Source of the DNA: an uncultured Bacteroidales bacterium
Lineage (GTDB): Bacteria > Bacteroidota > Bacteroidia > Bacteroidales > Paludibacteraceae
Reading direction: 5' to 3'
DNA: 64,000 nucleotides
Assembly (NCBI GenBank): GCA_902782665.1
Contig: CACZOA010000094.1
Span: forward strand, 10,028-74,027
A program made the position numbers and the translations under genes. Positions 54,141 through 64,000 of this stretch are shown here, in pieces (position 1 is the first letter of the stretch; each line of letters opens with the position of its first letter). The notes beneath the pieces were generated by a model. That model was not told the origin of the DNA and ran no database searches. It was given only the letters and a program-made list of their open reading frames with translations.

Positions 54141-55907
54141 TTATTTCAACATCGGGTTGTTCAACTTTACTGGTGATGTTGCTGTAGCCTCAAGTTCTCC
54201 CGTCAACACTTTCACGACTGCTTTCTGTGTGAATGTGTCGATGCTGTAGGCGTTGATCTTAGTTGGGACGATTCCCTCGTAGATCTCCAAAGAATATGGA
54301 TTTGCATACGAGATGGCGATCTTCTTCTTTGGATCCAACATGTTGGCTGTCCATACTCCGAACGACTCCTTGTTTTTCAACAAGCATGTACCAAGTGGGT
54401 GGAAATAACGGTTCTCGAAGCAAACAAGTATCTTATCGTAGTTGTTCAACGAGTCGATTCTGTATCCCCAAGCGTAGAAGTGTGGGTTCTCAAGAATATC
54501 CACGCTGAATCCACGGCTCTCCAACTCTCTCTTTGTGACTGCGAATTTCTCCACTGTCATCTGCTCTCCAATCTCAATAAGGGCAACTCTCTTGCCGTTT
54601 TCTGCTTTGATTGGAAGAAGATTGTCGCTGTTCTCAACCACTGTGATAGCTTTGTCTGCAACGGCAGCACCTGTCTTCTTAACAAATGCTTTGTCTGCAT
54701 CTGTCATTGGAGTGGCGATAGTGTGATTGTCTTTCTTGTTGTAGCCGAAGCGTTCACGCATAGCCCAAACACGCTCAACAGCGTCATCCAAACGCTCCAT
54801 TGGAATCTCTCCACGTAGGATTCTTGCCTCTACTGTGTCCATATACGCAAGTGATGGCCACAAAACAACGTCAGCACCAGCTGCGAAACACTGTACAGAT
54901 ACTTCAAGCTCATTCTTGTAGTAGCCTGCACATCCACCCATGTTGAGCGCGTCTGTGATGATCACACCTTTATAGTTGAACTCATTTTTTAGCATGTCCA
55001 CCATAAGCTCCTTAGAAAGAGTAGCAGGTGGCAACTGACCGTTGATCTTCTGTGTCTGGAATGCAGGCAACTGAATGTGGCCGACCATGATTGAGGCTGC
55101 ACCACCGTCGATCAATCCCTTGAACAATTTTCCAAATGAGTTCATCCACTCCTCTTTCGACAAAGAGTTGGCTGTAGTCACGATATGCTGGTTACGCATT
55201 GTCACACCGTCGCCAGGGAAATGCTTTACAGTAGAGATGACATTTTTAGAGTGAAGTCCGTTGATCTGGCTTTTCAAGATTGGAAGAGCCTTGTTAACGT
55301 CGTCTGAAACCGAACGCTCAACCACCAATTCCTGAAGAGGATTCATATTAAGGTCTGACACTGGATGAAGAAGCCAGTTGAATCCCATCTCACGAGCTTC
55401 CATTGCGATAGCCTGCTCTGAATCGTAGGCTAGGGCAGTGTCTGCGGCAGCACCAAGCGACATGCCGACAGGTAGATGTGTATATTTAGAATATGTCTCG
55501 CCGATTCCTCTTTCGAAATCCTCGCATACAAGCATCGGAACCTTTGAGTATTCGTTGTATTCTTTCAGAATCTCAGGCAATACTTCCAATGGATCTTTTG
55601 GAGTGTATTTCTCTTTCAAATACCAGTCTGCGATAAACAAACTGCCGACAGGATATTTCTCCAAGAATCCTTTGATAGATCCGTTTCCAACTGCCTTATG
55701 GTCTTGTGTCAGAGCAACCACCATCATTGTTTGTCCGATCTTTTCACGAAGTGATAAAGATTTCCAAGAAGTGTCTTTTGCAATAGGAGATTCTTCTGCA
55801 GCCGACTCTACGTTTTCTTTTTTAGCAGAGTCTTTGTTGGCATCAGTGCGGTTACATGATGTGCCAAGCATTAGACCACATAAAAGTGATAAATAAATTT
55901 TTTTCAT
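54141..55907 (-). CDS. glycoside hydrolase family 3 lipoprotein (NagZ-like beta-N-acetylhexosaminidase)
   Basis: Lipobox LGTSC, plus KHFPGDG and the typical GH3 N-terminal (DxxxGG) and C-terminal domains. Confidence 0.88.
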   Translation of the reverse strand: MKKIYLSLLCGLMLGTSCNRTDANKDSAKKENVESAAEESPIAKDTSWKSLSLREKIGQTMMVVALTQDHKAVGNGSIKGFLEKYPVGSLFIADWYLKEKYTPKDPLEVLPEILKEYNEYSKVPMLVCEDFERGIGETYSKYTHLPVGMSLGAAADTALAYDSEQAIAMEAREMGFNWLLHPVSDLNMNPLQELVVERSVSDDVNKALPILKSQINGLHSKNVISTVKHFPGDGVTMRNQHIVTTANSLSKEEWMNSFGKLFKGLIDGGAASIMVGHIQLPAFQTQKINGQLPPATLSKELMVDMLKNEFNYKGVIITDALNMGGCAGYYKNELEVSVQCFAAGADVVLWPSLAYMDTVEARILRGEIPMERLDDAVERVWAMRERFGYNKKDNHTIATPMTDADKAFVKKTGAAVADKAITVVENSDNLLPIKAENGKRVALIEIGEQMTVEKFAVTKRELESRGFSVDILENPHFYAWGYRIDSLNNYDKILVCFENRYFHPLGTCLLKNKESFGVWTANMLDPKKKIAISYANPYSLEIYEGIVPTKINAYSIDTFTQKAVVKVLTGELEATATSPVKLNNPMLK

Positions 55908-56071
55908 AAATGAATTATATCTTGTAGTTTTATTTGATTCCTAAACATTGGAAGATGTAAAACATCATTCAATGCAAACGTTACAAAAATAACAAAAATT
56001 AATTATAAATCGGAAATGAGGTATGTGAAATTAAATTATAGGTTAAAGATGGATTGTTCTGCATAAAAAAT

Positions 56072-56131
56072 GAGGATTGTTAAGGGCGGAACGCCCTAAC
56101 TCACTCTCATCCGCGAGCCCAGAGGACGAGC
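56072..56131 (-). repeat. REP-like intergenic element, copy C (inverted)
   Basis: gaggattgttaagggcggaacgccctaac...gacgagc is the reverse complement of the family consensus. Confidence 0.8.
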
Positions 56132-56160
56132 GGTAAAAATGCGTTTTTTGTAAATTATAA

Positions 56161-56221
56161 GTGCTCGCCTTCGGCTCGCACTAGAGGGGGGAGGAAGGGC
56201 GTTCCGCCCTTTGGAATCCTC
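56161..56221 (+). repeat. REP-like intergenic element, copy D
   Basis: gtgctcgccttcggctcgcactagaggggggaggaagggcgttccgccctttggaatcctc. Confidence 0.8.
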
Positions 56222-56271
56222 AAGTACAATGTACTATTTATCGGTCATAAACAACTAAAGTACCAATTTTG

Positions 56272-56304
56272 AGATAAAAAAGGCCACACATTTCTGTATG
56301 GCCT
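56272..56304 (-). terminator. proS terminator
   Basis: aggccaca...tatggcct stem with a T-run on the minus strand. Confidence 0.6.
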
Positions 56305-56332
56305 AATTATGCATTACGAAATACGCATTGCA

Positions 56333-57817
56333 TTAATATGATCTTGCGAACAATACTCTGCACTTACTTGGTTTGCCAGTCACCATACATTTGCCTGGCT
56401 CTTTGTCGCCGGCGATGTAAGAGTCGAATGGCACGCAACGGATTGTTGCCTTTGTCTCTTCCTTGATAAGTGCCTCTGTCTCAGCTGTTCCGTCCCAGTG
56501 AGCAAGAATGAATCCACCTTTCTCGATCTCTGTCTTGAACTCCTCGTATGTGTCGACGCTCTTGATGCTTGCGTTGCGGAACTCAAGAGCCTTGTTCAAC
56601 ATATTAACCTGGATGTCAGCAAGAAGTTTCTCCACGTATGACACTGTATCAGAAAGGTTGATGCTCTCCTTTGTCAAGTTGTCACGACGTGCCACCTCGA
56701 TAGTGCCGTTCTCCAAGTCTCTTGCTCCCATACAAAGTCTTACAGGAATACCCTTCAACTCATACTCAGCAAACTTGAATCCTGGACGCTTCTGTGAATC
56801 ATCGTCGTATTTAACTGAAATGCCTTTAGATTTCAACTCCTTGATGATTGGATCTAGCTTTTCTGCGATGGCATTCTTCTGGTCGTCTCCCTTGAAGATT
56901 GGAACGATAACCACCTGGATAGGAGCCAATTTTGGAGGAAGAACAAGACCGTTGTCGTCTGAGTGAGTCATGATCAAAGCACCCATCAAACGAGTTGAAA
57001 CACCCCAAGATGTAGCCCAAACGTAGTCCATTCCACCTTCTCTGTTCTGGAACTGTGCATCGAATGCTTTTGCGAAGTTCTGACCTAGGAAGTGTGAAGT
57101 TCCGCTCTGAAGAGCCTTTCCATCCTGCATCAAAGCCTCGATTGTATATGTGTCGACAGCACCTGCGAAACGCTCTGTCTCACTCTTTACTCCCTTGATT
57201 ACTGGCACTGCCATCACGTTCTCTGCGAAATCACCGTAGACGTGAAGCATCTTCTGTGCTTCTGCCTCTGCCTCTTCACGTGTCTCGTGTGCTGTGTGAC
57301 CCTCTTGCCACAAGAACTCAGCTGTACGAAGGAATGGACGTGTACGCATCTCCCAGCGCATCACGTTTGCCCACTGGTTGCAAAGGATAGGAAGATCACG
57401 GTAGCTGTGGATCCAACCTTTATATGTGTTCCAGATGATAGTCTCTGAAGTAGGGCGGACGATTAGCTCCTCCTCAAGTTTTGCCTCTGGGTCGACAACA
57501 ACACCGTCGCCAGTCTCATTTGTCTTCAGACGGTAGTGTGTCACTACTGCACACTCCTTAGCAAATCCCTCTACGTGCTCAGCCTCTCTTGAAAGGAAAG
57601 ACTTAGGGATTAGAAGTGGAAAATATGCGTTGACGTGGCCAGTCTCCTTGAAACGTCTGTCAAGCTCAGCCTGCATCTTCTCCCAAATGGCGTAACCATA
57701 AGGTTTGATCACCATACATCCTCTTACAGGCGATTGCTCTGCGAGGTCTGCTTTTACTACCAAATCATTGTACCACTGTGAGTAGTTCTCTGCACGTGGG
57801 GTCAATTCTTTTGCCAT
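56333..57817 (-). CDS. proS: proline--tRNA ligase (archaeal/eukaryote-like type)
   Basis: 494 aa. [27 protein letters not shown]..., class II motifs, and a C-terminal zinc-type domain ending FARSY. Confidence 0.95.
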   Translation of the reverse strand: MAKELTPRAENYSQWYNDLVVKADLAEQSPVRGCMVIKPYGYAIWEKMQAELDRRFKETGHVNAYFPLLIPKSFLSREAEHVEGFAKECAVVTHYRLKTNETGDGVVVDPEAKLEEELIVRPTSETIIWNTYKGWIHSYRDLPILCNQWANVMRWEMRTRPFLRTAEFLWQEGHTAHETREEAEAEAQKMLHVYGDFAENVMAVPVIKGVKSETERFAGAVDTYTIEALMQDGKALQSGTSHFLGQNFAKAFDAQFQNREGGMDYVWATSWGVSTRLMGALIMTHSDDNGLVLPPKLAPIQVVIVPIFKGDDQKNAIAEKLDPIIKELKSKGISVKYDDDSQKRPGFKFAEYELKGIPVRLCMGARDLENGTIEVARRDNLTKESINLSDTVSYVEKLLADIQVNMLNKALEFRNASIKSVDTYEEFKTEIEKGGFILAHWDGTAETEALIKEETKATIRCVPFDSYIAGDKEPGKCMVTGKPSKCRVLFARSY

Positions 57818-57838
57818 ATATTTTTTTATGTTTTTCTC

Positions 57839-58969
57839 TTAGTTTAACACTGCTTTGAAGCGTTTGATGAACTCATCTGCGTCTGCTTTTGTCAAGCACA
57901 AAGGTGGAAGAAGACGCAATACGTGTGTGCCGCTGCATCCTGTGAACACATGCTGCTCGAACACTAGTTTTGTACGGATCTCTTTGTATGGCACCGTCAA
58001 CTCGATTCCGATCATCAATCCCTCTCCACGCACTTCTGCGATAAGTGGAGAATCGATGGCTTTCAACTGCTTCATCAAGTAGTCTCCAACCTCAGCCGCA
58101 TTAGCGACCAAGTTTTCTTTCTCCATGATGTTGAGAACGCTGATAGCTGCCGCACAACCAAGATGGTTTCCTCCGAATGTTGTTCCTAACTGACCGTAAA
58201 CAGCTTTGAACTTAGGTGAGATCAACACTCCAGCCATTGGGAATCCGTTTGCGATACCCTTTGCCACAGTGATCATATCTGGTTTTACGCCAAGGTGCTG
58301 GTGGGCGAAGAACTTACCGCTACGTCCGTAACCACACTGGATCTCGTCGCAGATAAGCACAGTCTCGTATTTGTCGCAAAGTTCACGCAATCCGCTCAAA
58401 AACTCTTTTGTCACCATACGGATTCCACCTACTCCCTGAATGCACTCAAGAAGTACAGCACATACGTCGCCTTTGGAGATCTCCTTCTCCCAAGCGTCCA
58501 AATCGTTGATTGGAAGGTAAGTGACGTGGTTGTTTGCATTGATAGGAGCGATGATCTTTGGATTGTTTGTTGCCTCAACAGCAAGTGATGTACGGCCGTG
58601 GAAAGCTTTCTCCAAAGTCAAGATACGAGTTCTTCCGTTAGTGAATGACGCAAGTTTCAATGCGTTCTCGTTTGCCTCAGCTCCTGAGTTGATCAAGAAT
58701 AGATAGTAGTCCTCATAACCGCTGGCCTTACCTAGCTTTGCGGCCAATTCCTGCTGAAGCTTATTGACTACTGAGTTTGAATAGAAACCAAGTGTAGCTA
58801 CCTGGTTGCTGATTGCTGATACATATTCAGGATGTGCGTGACCTACAGATATTACAGCGTGACCACCGTAAAGATCAAGATATTCCTGACCTTTATCATC
58901 CCACACCTTGCATCCTTTTCCCTTCACAATATTTACATCGAAGAGAGGATATACGTCAAATAGATTCAT
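57839..58969 (-). CDS. argD: acetylornithine aminotransferase (class III PLP aminotransferase)
   Basis: 376 aa. LFLINSGAEANENALK, DEIQCGYGRSGKFFA, VAKGIANG (PLP Lys). Lies next to argC. Confidence 0.88.
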   Translation of the reverse strand: MNLFDVYPLFDVNIVKGKGCKVWDDKGQEYLDLYGGHAVISVGHAHPEYVSAISNQVATLGFYSNSVVNKLQQELAAKLGKASGYEDYYLFLINSGAEANENALKLASFTNGRTRILTLEKAFHGRTSLAVEATNNPKIIAPINANNHVTYLPINDLDAWEKEISKGDVCAVLLECIQGVGGIRMVTKEFLSGLRELCDKYETVLICDEIQCGYGRSGKFFAHQHLGVKPDMITVAKGIANGFPMAGVLISPKFKAVYGQLGTTFGGNHLGCAAAISVLNIMEKENLVANAAEVGDYLMKQLKAIDSPLIAEVRGEGLMIGIELTVPYKEIRTKLVFEQHVFTGCSGTHVLRLLPPLCLTKADADEFIKRFKAVLN

Positions 58970-59052
58970 TATATAAATGTATGAATTATTTTATTGTTCT
59001 TTTATTTCTTACGATGGCTTACAATCTTTTTCCGCCTTCGTTTTTGCTTTCG

Positions 59053-60015
59053 TTAGAATGCGACTGACTTCAAGTTCAATCCCATCTTCTCGTCAAGACC
59101 GAACATCAAGTTGAAGTTCTGGACTGCCTGACCCGACGCTCCCTTCAACAGGTTGTCGATCATAGAGATGATAAGTAGCTTGTTGCCGTGCTTCTCAACG
59201 TGTACGATTCCCTTGTTGGTATTCACCACCTGCTTCAAATCAGGATTTTTGTCCATTACGAATGTGAACGCAGAATCTTTGTAGAAATCCTTGTAAAGTT
59301 TGATAGCTGCCTCTTCGTCAAGATCACACTCTGTGTACTGGCTTACGTAGATTCCACGTGCGAAGTCACCACGTACAGGAAGGAAGTTGATGTCCTTATC
59401 GAATGATGGCTGAAGATTTCTCATTGTCATACCGATCTCGATAAGATGCTGGTGTGTGAACGCCTTGTATATAGAGATATTGTTGTTTCTCCAGCTGAAG
59501 TGTGATGTTGCGCCTGGCTTTACTCCTGCACCTGTTGAACCAGTGATTCCGTTAGTGTGGATTTCGCTCTTCAACAGACCTGCGGCTGCAAGAGGAAGAA
59601 GTCCTATCTGGATGGCTGTAGCGAAACAACCTGGGTTGGCTAGTTTTGTGGCTTTCTTGATTCTTTCACGATTGACCTCAGGCAGACCATAAACGAATCC
59701 GTTGCTCTCATCTCTGTAATCCTGAGACAGGTCGATAATCTTAACTGTTGCTGGCACGTCGTGGCTCTCCAAAAACTTCTTGCTGTCACCGTGTCCTGAG
59801 CAGATGAACATTGCGTCGATAGAATCAAACGGCAATTCATCTGTAAACTTCATCTCAGTCTCACCGAACAAACCTTCGTGAACCTCATATAAATAGTTGC
59901 CAGCATTACTTGTGCTGTTGACAAACTTGATCTCTACTTGTGGGTGGTTGACTAGGATTCTTAGCAACTCACCTGCGGTGTATCCTGCACCACCTATGAT
60001 TCCAACTCTTACCAT
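59053..60015 (-). CDS. argC: N-acetyl-gamma-glutamyl-phosphate reductase
   Basis: MVRVGIIGGAGYTAGELLRIL and the active-site motif ANPGCFAT. Confidence 0.94.
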   Translation of the reverse strand: MVRVGIIGGAGYTAGELLRILVNHPQVEIKFVNSTSNAGNYLYEVHEGLFGETEMKFTDELPFDSIDAMFICSGHGDSKKFLESHDVPATVKIIDLSQDYRDESNGFVYGLPEVNRERIKKATKLANPGCFATAIQIGLLPLAAAGLLKSEIHTNGITGSTGAGVKPGATSHFSWRNNNISIYKAFTHQHLIEIGMTMRNLQPSFDKDINFLPVRGDFARGIYVSQYTECDLDEEAAIKLYKDFYKDSAFTFVMDKNPDLKQVVNTNKGIVHVEKHGNKLLIISMIDNLLKGASGQAVQNFNLMFGLDEKMGLNLKSVAF

Positions 60016-60031
60016 CGTAAAAAAATTTTTG

Positions 60032-60039
60032 CAAAATTA
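60032..60039 (-). promoter_or_regulatory. -7 box TAATTTTG (minus strand) upstream of argC
   Basis: The plus strand reads caaaatta, 17 nt upstream of the ATG. Confidence 0.45.
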
Positions 60040-60137
60040 CCAAATTTAATTCATAATGCATAATCCATGATGCATAATTCGATGGATTTTATATAATTCC
60101 GTGGTGTGGTAATGTGTGTTGGGGGTATGTATGGGGG

Positions 60138-60222
60138 ATTGTAGACATAGGGGTGTCCCCTACGTTGGCGTATTGTAGACATAGGGCTCACGCCCTATGC
60201 TATGTTGTGTCGCACCTTCGGT
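60138..60222. repeat. three consecutive short hairpins with a duplicated ATTGTAGACATAGG motif
   Basis: taggggtgtccccta; catagggctcacgccctatg; gcaccttcggtgc. attgtagacatagg occurs twice. Confidence 0.65.
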
Positions 60223-60224
60223 GC

Positions 60225-61931
60225 TTAGTGGGTGTATTTTTTCTTTCTCGTGTAGAGGTATATTGCGGCGAAGATGCCTAGCAATAGTACCGGAAGAAGG
60301 ACGTTGAGGATCTGCCAGAATTGACGGGCTCCGATCGACGATGCTTTGTTGAGCAGACGGAGTTTGACTTCTCGATTACGCAATTGCATCCATCCGTCGT
60401 CATCTGTCAGATAGTTGACACAGTTGAGAAGGAAATCGCTGTTTCCAAACTGCTGGTTCATATATTGGTCATAGCCCAATGGCAATACTTGCGCGTTGGC
60501 TCCGTAGCCTTGCACGTCGTTGCGGATGACATCCGCGTCTGCCACTACGATCATCTTGGTCGGCTGGCTCTCTGTCTTTGCTGGCGACGTTACTTTGATT
60601 CCCTCTGGTGCCATACGGTTCTTGAATATTGAGGTGAACTGGCCTTCAAGCAGTGCGGCGGTCATCATATTGCGGATGTTGAAGTAGTATCCCGTCTTCT
60701 CCACATTGATGATATCCATGCTCACGATCGACGGGATTGTCTGCACGTGTGTGCTCGACGATGTGAGAAGCAACGGCGTCTTCACAATCTTGGTCGTGTC
60801 TCCCACAAAATCCATTGAACTTACAAACTCTGTCTTGACTGGAGTCACATTCTTGGAAATCGTATGGTATGGATTGGTGATCAGCAATGGTGAATAATAC
60901 CATGGAGCTGGTTTGAAATCTGGTGTGTCTCCCTCTCTTGACATGTTGACAGGAATCATCGAGCATTGCACATCCTGAAGCAAAACAGGATTGATGCGTA
61001 CTCCGTAGCGGAACAGCTGGTCGTCAAGGTTGACGGTGTTGACAATACCGATCGTCTGCGACTCTTTGCTAAGACTGTCTAATGAGATCTTCACCGCGTC
61101 GACAAGCCATAACACTTTTCCGCCATTCATTATATATTGGTCGAGCACATATTTATCTTTTTCTGGAAGGGCCGACGTCGGTCTGGCAACAATCACTGCA
61201 GCATACGCATCCAACTCGTCTGTGCGGTTGTTGATAGCTCCGAAATCGATGCTGTAGTATTCACTCAATGTCTTGGTGAAATCATAGACATACTGTTCTG
61301 GCCACTCTCCGTGTCCTTCCAGAAATGCCACACGGGTGTTTCTTTTGTCAACAAGCAGACGGAGTACATTCGTCAACTCATATTCCAGACTCTGCTCTGA
61401 GAGGTTCAAATTCTCCTCTCCGCTTTTGCCTTGTACATTCTTCAACAGACAGACTGGTCGTGTGACCTTCTTTCCGCTTGTCTCTTTGTATGTGATCTCA
61501 GCCCATGGGAAAACCACCTTCATGGTTGGGTTTCCTTCCGCATCTTTATCGTAGACGGGAATGCGTCGCAATCCACGTTTCTCTAGCTCCTCATACTGTT
61601 TGTCGCGGGTTTTGGCATTGTCTGCTGCCGACGGGTTGACAAATTTATATGAGAATCCTCCTCCAGCATAGACATTAAACTCGTCCAGCATCTCTTTAGT
61701 CGCTTTACGTAGACGGAGGAATCCGGCATTCAGATCACCATCAAGATAAACCACGACGGAAATATCACCGTCGGCATTCTTCAACATATTCTTCGTGTTG
61801 TCTGAGATGCTGTAACGCTTCTCCTGTGTCAAATCTAATCTGAAGAATAGTTTGTCGGAAAAAACGCAGAATCCGATTGCCGCTACTGCTACAATCGCAA
61901 TCAGATATTTATATATGTCTTTGATATTCAT
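60225..61931 (-). CDS. gldG: GldG-like ABC-transporter-associated gliding/T9SS accessory protein
   Basis: 568 aa with N- and C-terminal TM anchors. The sequence pattern (DLTQEKRYSISD..., LDGDLNAGF..., VADADVIRND) is typical of GldG. Confidence 0.8.
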   Translation of the reverse strand: MNIKDIYKYLIAIVAVAAIGFCVFSDKLFFRLDLTQEKRYSISDNTKNMLKNADGDISVVVYLDGDLNAGFLRLRKATKEMLDEFNVYAGGGFSYKFVNPSAADNAKTRDKQYEELEKRGLRRIPVYDKDAEGNPTMKVVFPWAEITYKETSGKKVTRPVCLLKNVQGKSGEENLNLSEQSLEYELTNVLRLLVDKRNTRVAFLEGHGEWPEQYVYDFTKTLSEYYSIDFGAINNRTDELDAYAAVIVARPTSALPEKDKYVLDQYIMNGGKVLWLVDAVKISLDSLSKESQTIGIVNTVNLDDQLFRYGVRINPVLLQDVQCSMIPVNMSREGDTPDFKPAPWYYSPLLITNPYHTISKNVTPVKTEFVSSMDFVGDTTKIVKTPLLLTSSSTHVQTIPSIVSMDIINVEKTGYYFNIRNMMTAALLEGQFTSIFKNRMAPEGIKVTSPAKTESQPTKMIVVADADVIRNDVQGYGANAQVLPLGYDQYMNQQFGNSDFLLNCVNYLTDDDGWMQLRNREVKLRLLNKASSIGARQFWQILNVLLPVLLLGIFAAIYLYTRKKKYTH

Positions 61932-61974
61932 CGTAGTCTAATTTAAAGCTAAAAAAGAAAAAGCTAAAATGCCG

Positions 61975-62556
61975 TTATCTCCATCTCAAACTCTCCAGCA
62001 TTCTGATGATGTCTTCACGTATATATTCACGCACTGGTGCCACCGAATCCTGGTTTGGAGTGTTGTCGAAATAGAGCGCTCCACGGAAAAAATGCTTCAC
62101 GCTGTCTGTCGCCACAAACTGGATGGCTGAGGCTGTGTTGCCTTTTAGCTCGTAGAGTAGGGCGTACACCTTGTTCGAATCATCCACGTATGGCTGTTCC
62201 GTGATGTCGTCTGCCTTGATCGTATGTTTGTAGACGAAGGAGCGTGCATCTTCGTTCACCTCTCTGAAATTGCCGTCCACATGCTTGTAGCTGCAATAGA
62301 TTCTTGCGTTGTGACGTGGATAGACGACATCGATCCAGTATGGCTCCTCTTTTGTCGGCTTCCTCTCTATGTTGGCGACATTCGCGTAATCAAAAATATA
62401 CGGAAAAGAATCGTTGTCGAATTTCACATACTCCTTTTCCTGCAATGCTATGCGGAAATGGCCGCGTGGACGAGGCACATCGTTAGAGCATCCGCTTGTG
62501 ATGACGGTAATGATAGCCGTCATTATAGAAATCACCAGTAGTTTACTTCTTTTCAT
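61975..62556 (-). CDS. gldD: gliding motility lipoprotein GldD
   Basis: 193 aa with lipobox ITSGC. PRPRGHFRIALQEKEY...YKHTIKADDI...GNTASAIQFVATDSVKHFFRGALYFDNTPNQDS matches GldD. Overlaps gldE by 14 nt, as in gldE-gldD operons. Confidence 0.85.
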   Translation of the reverse strand: MKRSKLLVISIMTAIITVITSGCSNDVPRPRGHFRIALQEKEYVKFDNDSFPYIFDYANVANIERKPTKEEPYWIDVVYPRHNARIYCSYKHVDGNFREVNEDARSFVYKHTIKADDITEQPYVDDSNKVYALLYELKGNTASAIQFVATDSVKHFFRGALYFDNTPNQDSVAPVREYIREDIIRMLESLRWR

Positions 62557-63886
62557 CTGGCAAACGTAATTTTATCTTCTTAATTCTTCTTTTATCCACT
62601 GACACGATCTTGAAGATGTATCCTTCGTGTATTATCTCATCTCCGAGCGACGGAATGTCTCCCTTCAACGACAATATCAGTCCTGCTACAGTGTCGGCAT
62701 CTACGTCTAGAGCTTCAAACACACTCGCGTCGATCTTCTCAATCTTATAGAAATCAGACAGAGGCATCTTTCCTTCAAGCAGATAGTTGCGCTTGTCAAG
62801 CTCAGTGTAGAGTTTCTGCTCCACATCATGCTCGTCGCTGATGTCTCCGAAAATGACTTCGAGGATGTCTTCCATAGTTACAATTCCTGATGTGCCGCCA
62901 AACTCATCCACTACGATAGCCATGTGCATTCGTTTCACCTGGAACTCGCGCAGCAGGTCGTCGATCTTTTTCGACTCAGGCACAAAGAACGGTGCGCGGA
63001 TAAGATGCTGCCAGTTGAAGTCATCTCCACGGTCGAGATAGTTAAGGAAATCCTTCACATATAGGATACCCTTCACATTATCCACCGAGCCGTCGTAAAC
63101 CGGCATACGTGAATATTCATTGTCTCGGATGACTTTAAGCACATCCGTATATTTGTCGCTGTAGTTGACAGCCACCACGTCTACTCTTGGACGGAGGATT
63201 TCCCCCACCGAAACGCTTCCGAAAGTGACGATGCTCTCCAGGATATCCTTTTCCTCTTTATCTTTTAAAGAGTCGGAGTGCAAAGTCTGTGACAATTCGT
63301 CGAGCGAGATGTTTTTCTGTCGTTTCACATCCAGACGGCATGCGATAAATTCCGTATGTTTAAGCAGTGCGGCGAATGGATATAATAAGACATAAGCCAA
63401 CATCACTGGCTTAGACATATAATATAGACCTGCCACTCTGTTTTGTTTGCTGATCTTATGAGGCAGCACGTCGGCAAATAAAAGGACCCAAACAAGTGTT
63501 CCCAAAAGCATAAGCACCGTCAATACAGGGCCTTGACCTGCAGAGTCTGGGTTTATAGCTTGCACGCTATTCACCAAATGTTTGATTTGGACGACTGTGA
63601 TCGCGATAATCACAGCTACGGAGCACCAGTAGCCCAGCACCAAAGTAGACAATGATTGCTTTTCGTCGTTCAGCAACCTCTTCATTCCAGAGTATCCGGC
63701 GGAATCATTCTTCAAAATCTTGTCTTTGTCGGAATCCGACAGCGAAAACAGAAAGTATTCACAATAAGAGAATACAAAGATCGCTAAAGACCCAAGCAAC
63801 CATAAAAGGGCTGCCAAACCATACGCACACCATTCCGGCAAAGGGACAGAATCGGCGGAACTATCAAACAGTATTGAAACGTCCAA
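62543..63886 (-). CDS. gldE: GldE (DUF21/CNNM - CBS pair - CorC/HlyC family membrane protein)
   Basis: 447 aa with N-terminal TM helices and tandem CBS (VGEILRPRVDV..., MPVYDGSVDNVKGILYVKD), followed by IVVDEFGGTSGIVTMEDILE and a CorC_HlyC C-terminus. Confidence 0.85.
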   Translation of the reverse strand: MDVSILFDSSADSVPLPEWCAYGLAALLWLLGSLAIFVFSYCEYFLFSLSDSDKDKILKNDSAGYSGMKRLLNDEKQSLSTLVLGYWCSVAVIIAITVVQIKHLVNSVQAINPDSAGQGPVLTVLMLLGTLVWVLLFADVLPHKISKQNRVAGLYYMSKPVMLAYVLLYPFAALLKHTEFIACRLDVKRQKNISLDELSQTLHSDSLKDKEEKDILESIVTFGSVSVGEILRPRVDVVAVNYSDKYTDVLKVIRDNEYSRMPVYDGSVDNVKGILYVKDFLNYLDRGDDFNWQHLIRAPFFVPESKKIDDLLREFQVKRMHMAIVVDEFGGTSGIVTMEDILEVIFGDISDEHDVEQKLYTELDKRNYLLEGKMPLSDFYKIEKIDASVFEALDVDADTVAGLILSLKGDIPSLGDEIIHEGYIFKIVSVDKRRIKKIKLRLPDEKK

Positions 63887-63923
63887 AATAAAAATTTTAG
63901 TTTAACAAAAAGAAAATTATTCG

Positions 63924-63931
63924 CAAAGATA
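63924..63931 (-). promoter_or_regulatory. -7 box TATCTTTG (minus strand) upstream of gldE
   Basis: The plus strand reads caaagata, 38 nt upstream of the ATG. Confidence 0.4.
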
Positions 63932-63951
63932 AGAATATTAGAAATATATTG

Positions 63952-63959
63952 TATATTTG
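63952..63959 (+). promoter_or_regulatory. -7 box TATATTTG facing a gene beyond the window end
   Basis: tatatttg followed by caacg. Confidence 0.35.
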
Positions 63960-64000
63960 CAACGTATTAAAAAAATATTAAATAATAACAGTCAAAAAAA

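Overview
This window is a Bacteroidales-type chromosomal segment. That assignment is inferred from T9SS genes (porV, porU), gldD/E/G, TAnnTTTG -7 promoter boxes and the absence of Shine-Dalgarno signals. Most of it is housekeeping: pyrG, asnA, rarA, dxs, coaE, yajC, nusB, proS, argC/argD, nrdG, ampG, a GH3 hexosaminidase, tRNA-Arg(CCG) and tRNA-Gln(UUG). The main accessory region is 3.6-14.7 kb. It starts with a 141-aa signal-peptide protein made of one YD repeat plus a T9SS type-A C-terminal sorting domain. Four nt downstream begins a 2009-aa Sec-signal SpvB/FG-GAP/RHS toxin with a glycine-zipper pre-toxin segment and an unclassified toxin tip. After that comes an array of immunity genes and promoterless orphan toxin tips. 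Each tip is preceded by a copy or a scar of the same ~100-nt recombination box. One tip is a truncated barnase-type RNase followed by an intact barstar gene, and another is a DUF4258-like tip. The second notable region is 38.5-47.5 kb, where porV is followed by two full-length, diverged but catalytically intact porU sortase paralogs separated by a FAH-family gene. Other observations: a coiled-coil surface protein with near-identical 75-nt coding repeats; three paralogous Ser/Gly-rich, Tyr-rich secreted proteins around rarA; a four-helix-bundle (23S IVS/Avd family) gene bracketed by two long palindromic elements; a Fic protein with repeated operator-like boxes; a C10 cysteine protease; and several families of intergenic palindromic or AT-rich repeats. 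I saw no CRISPR array, transposase, integrase or T6SS gene.
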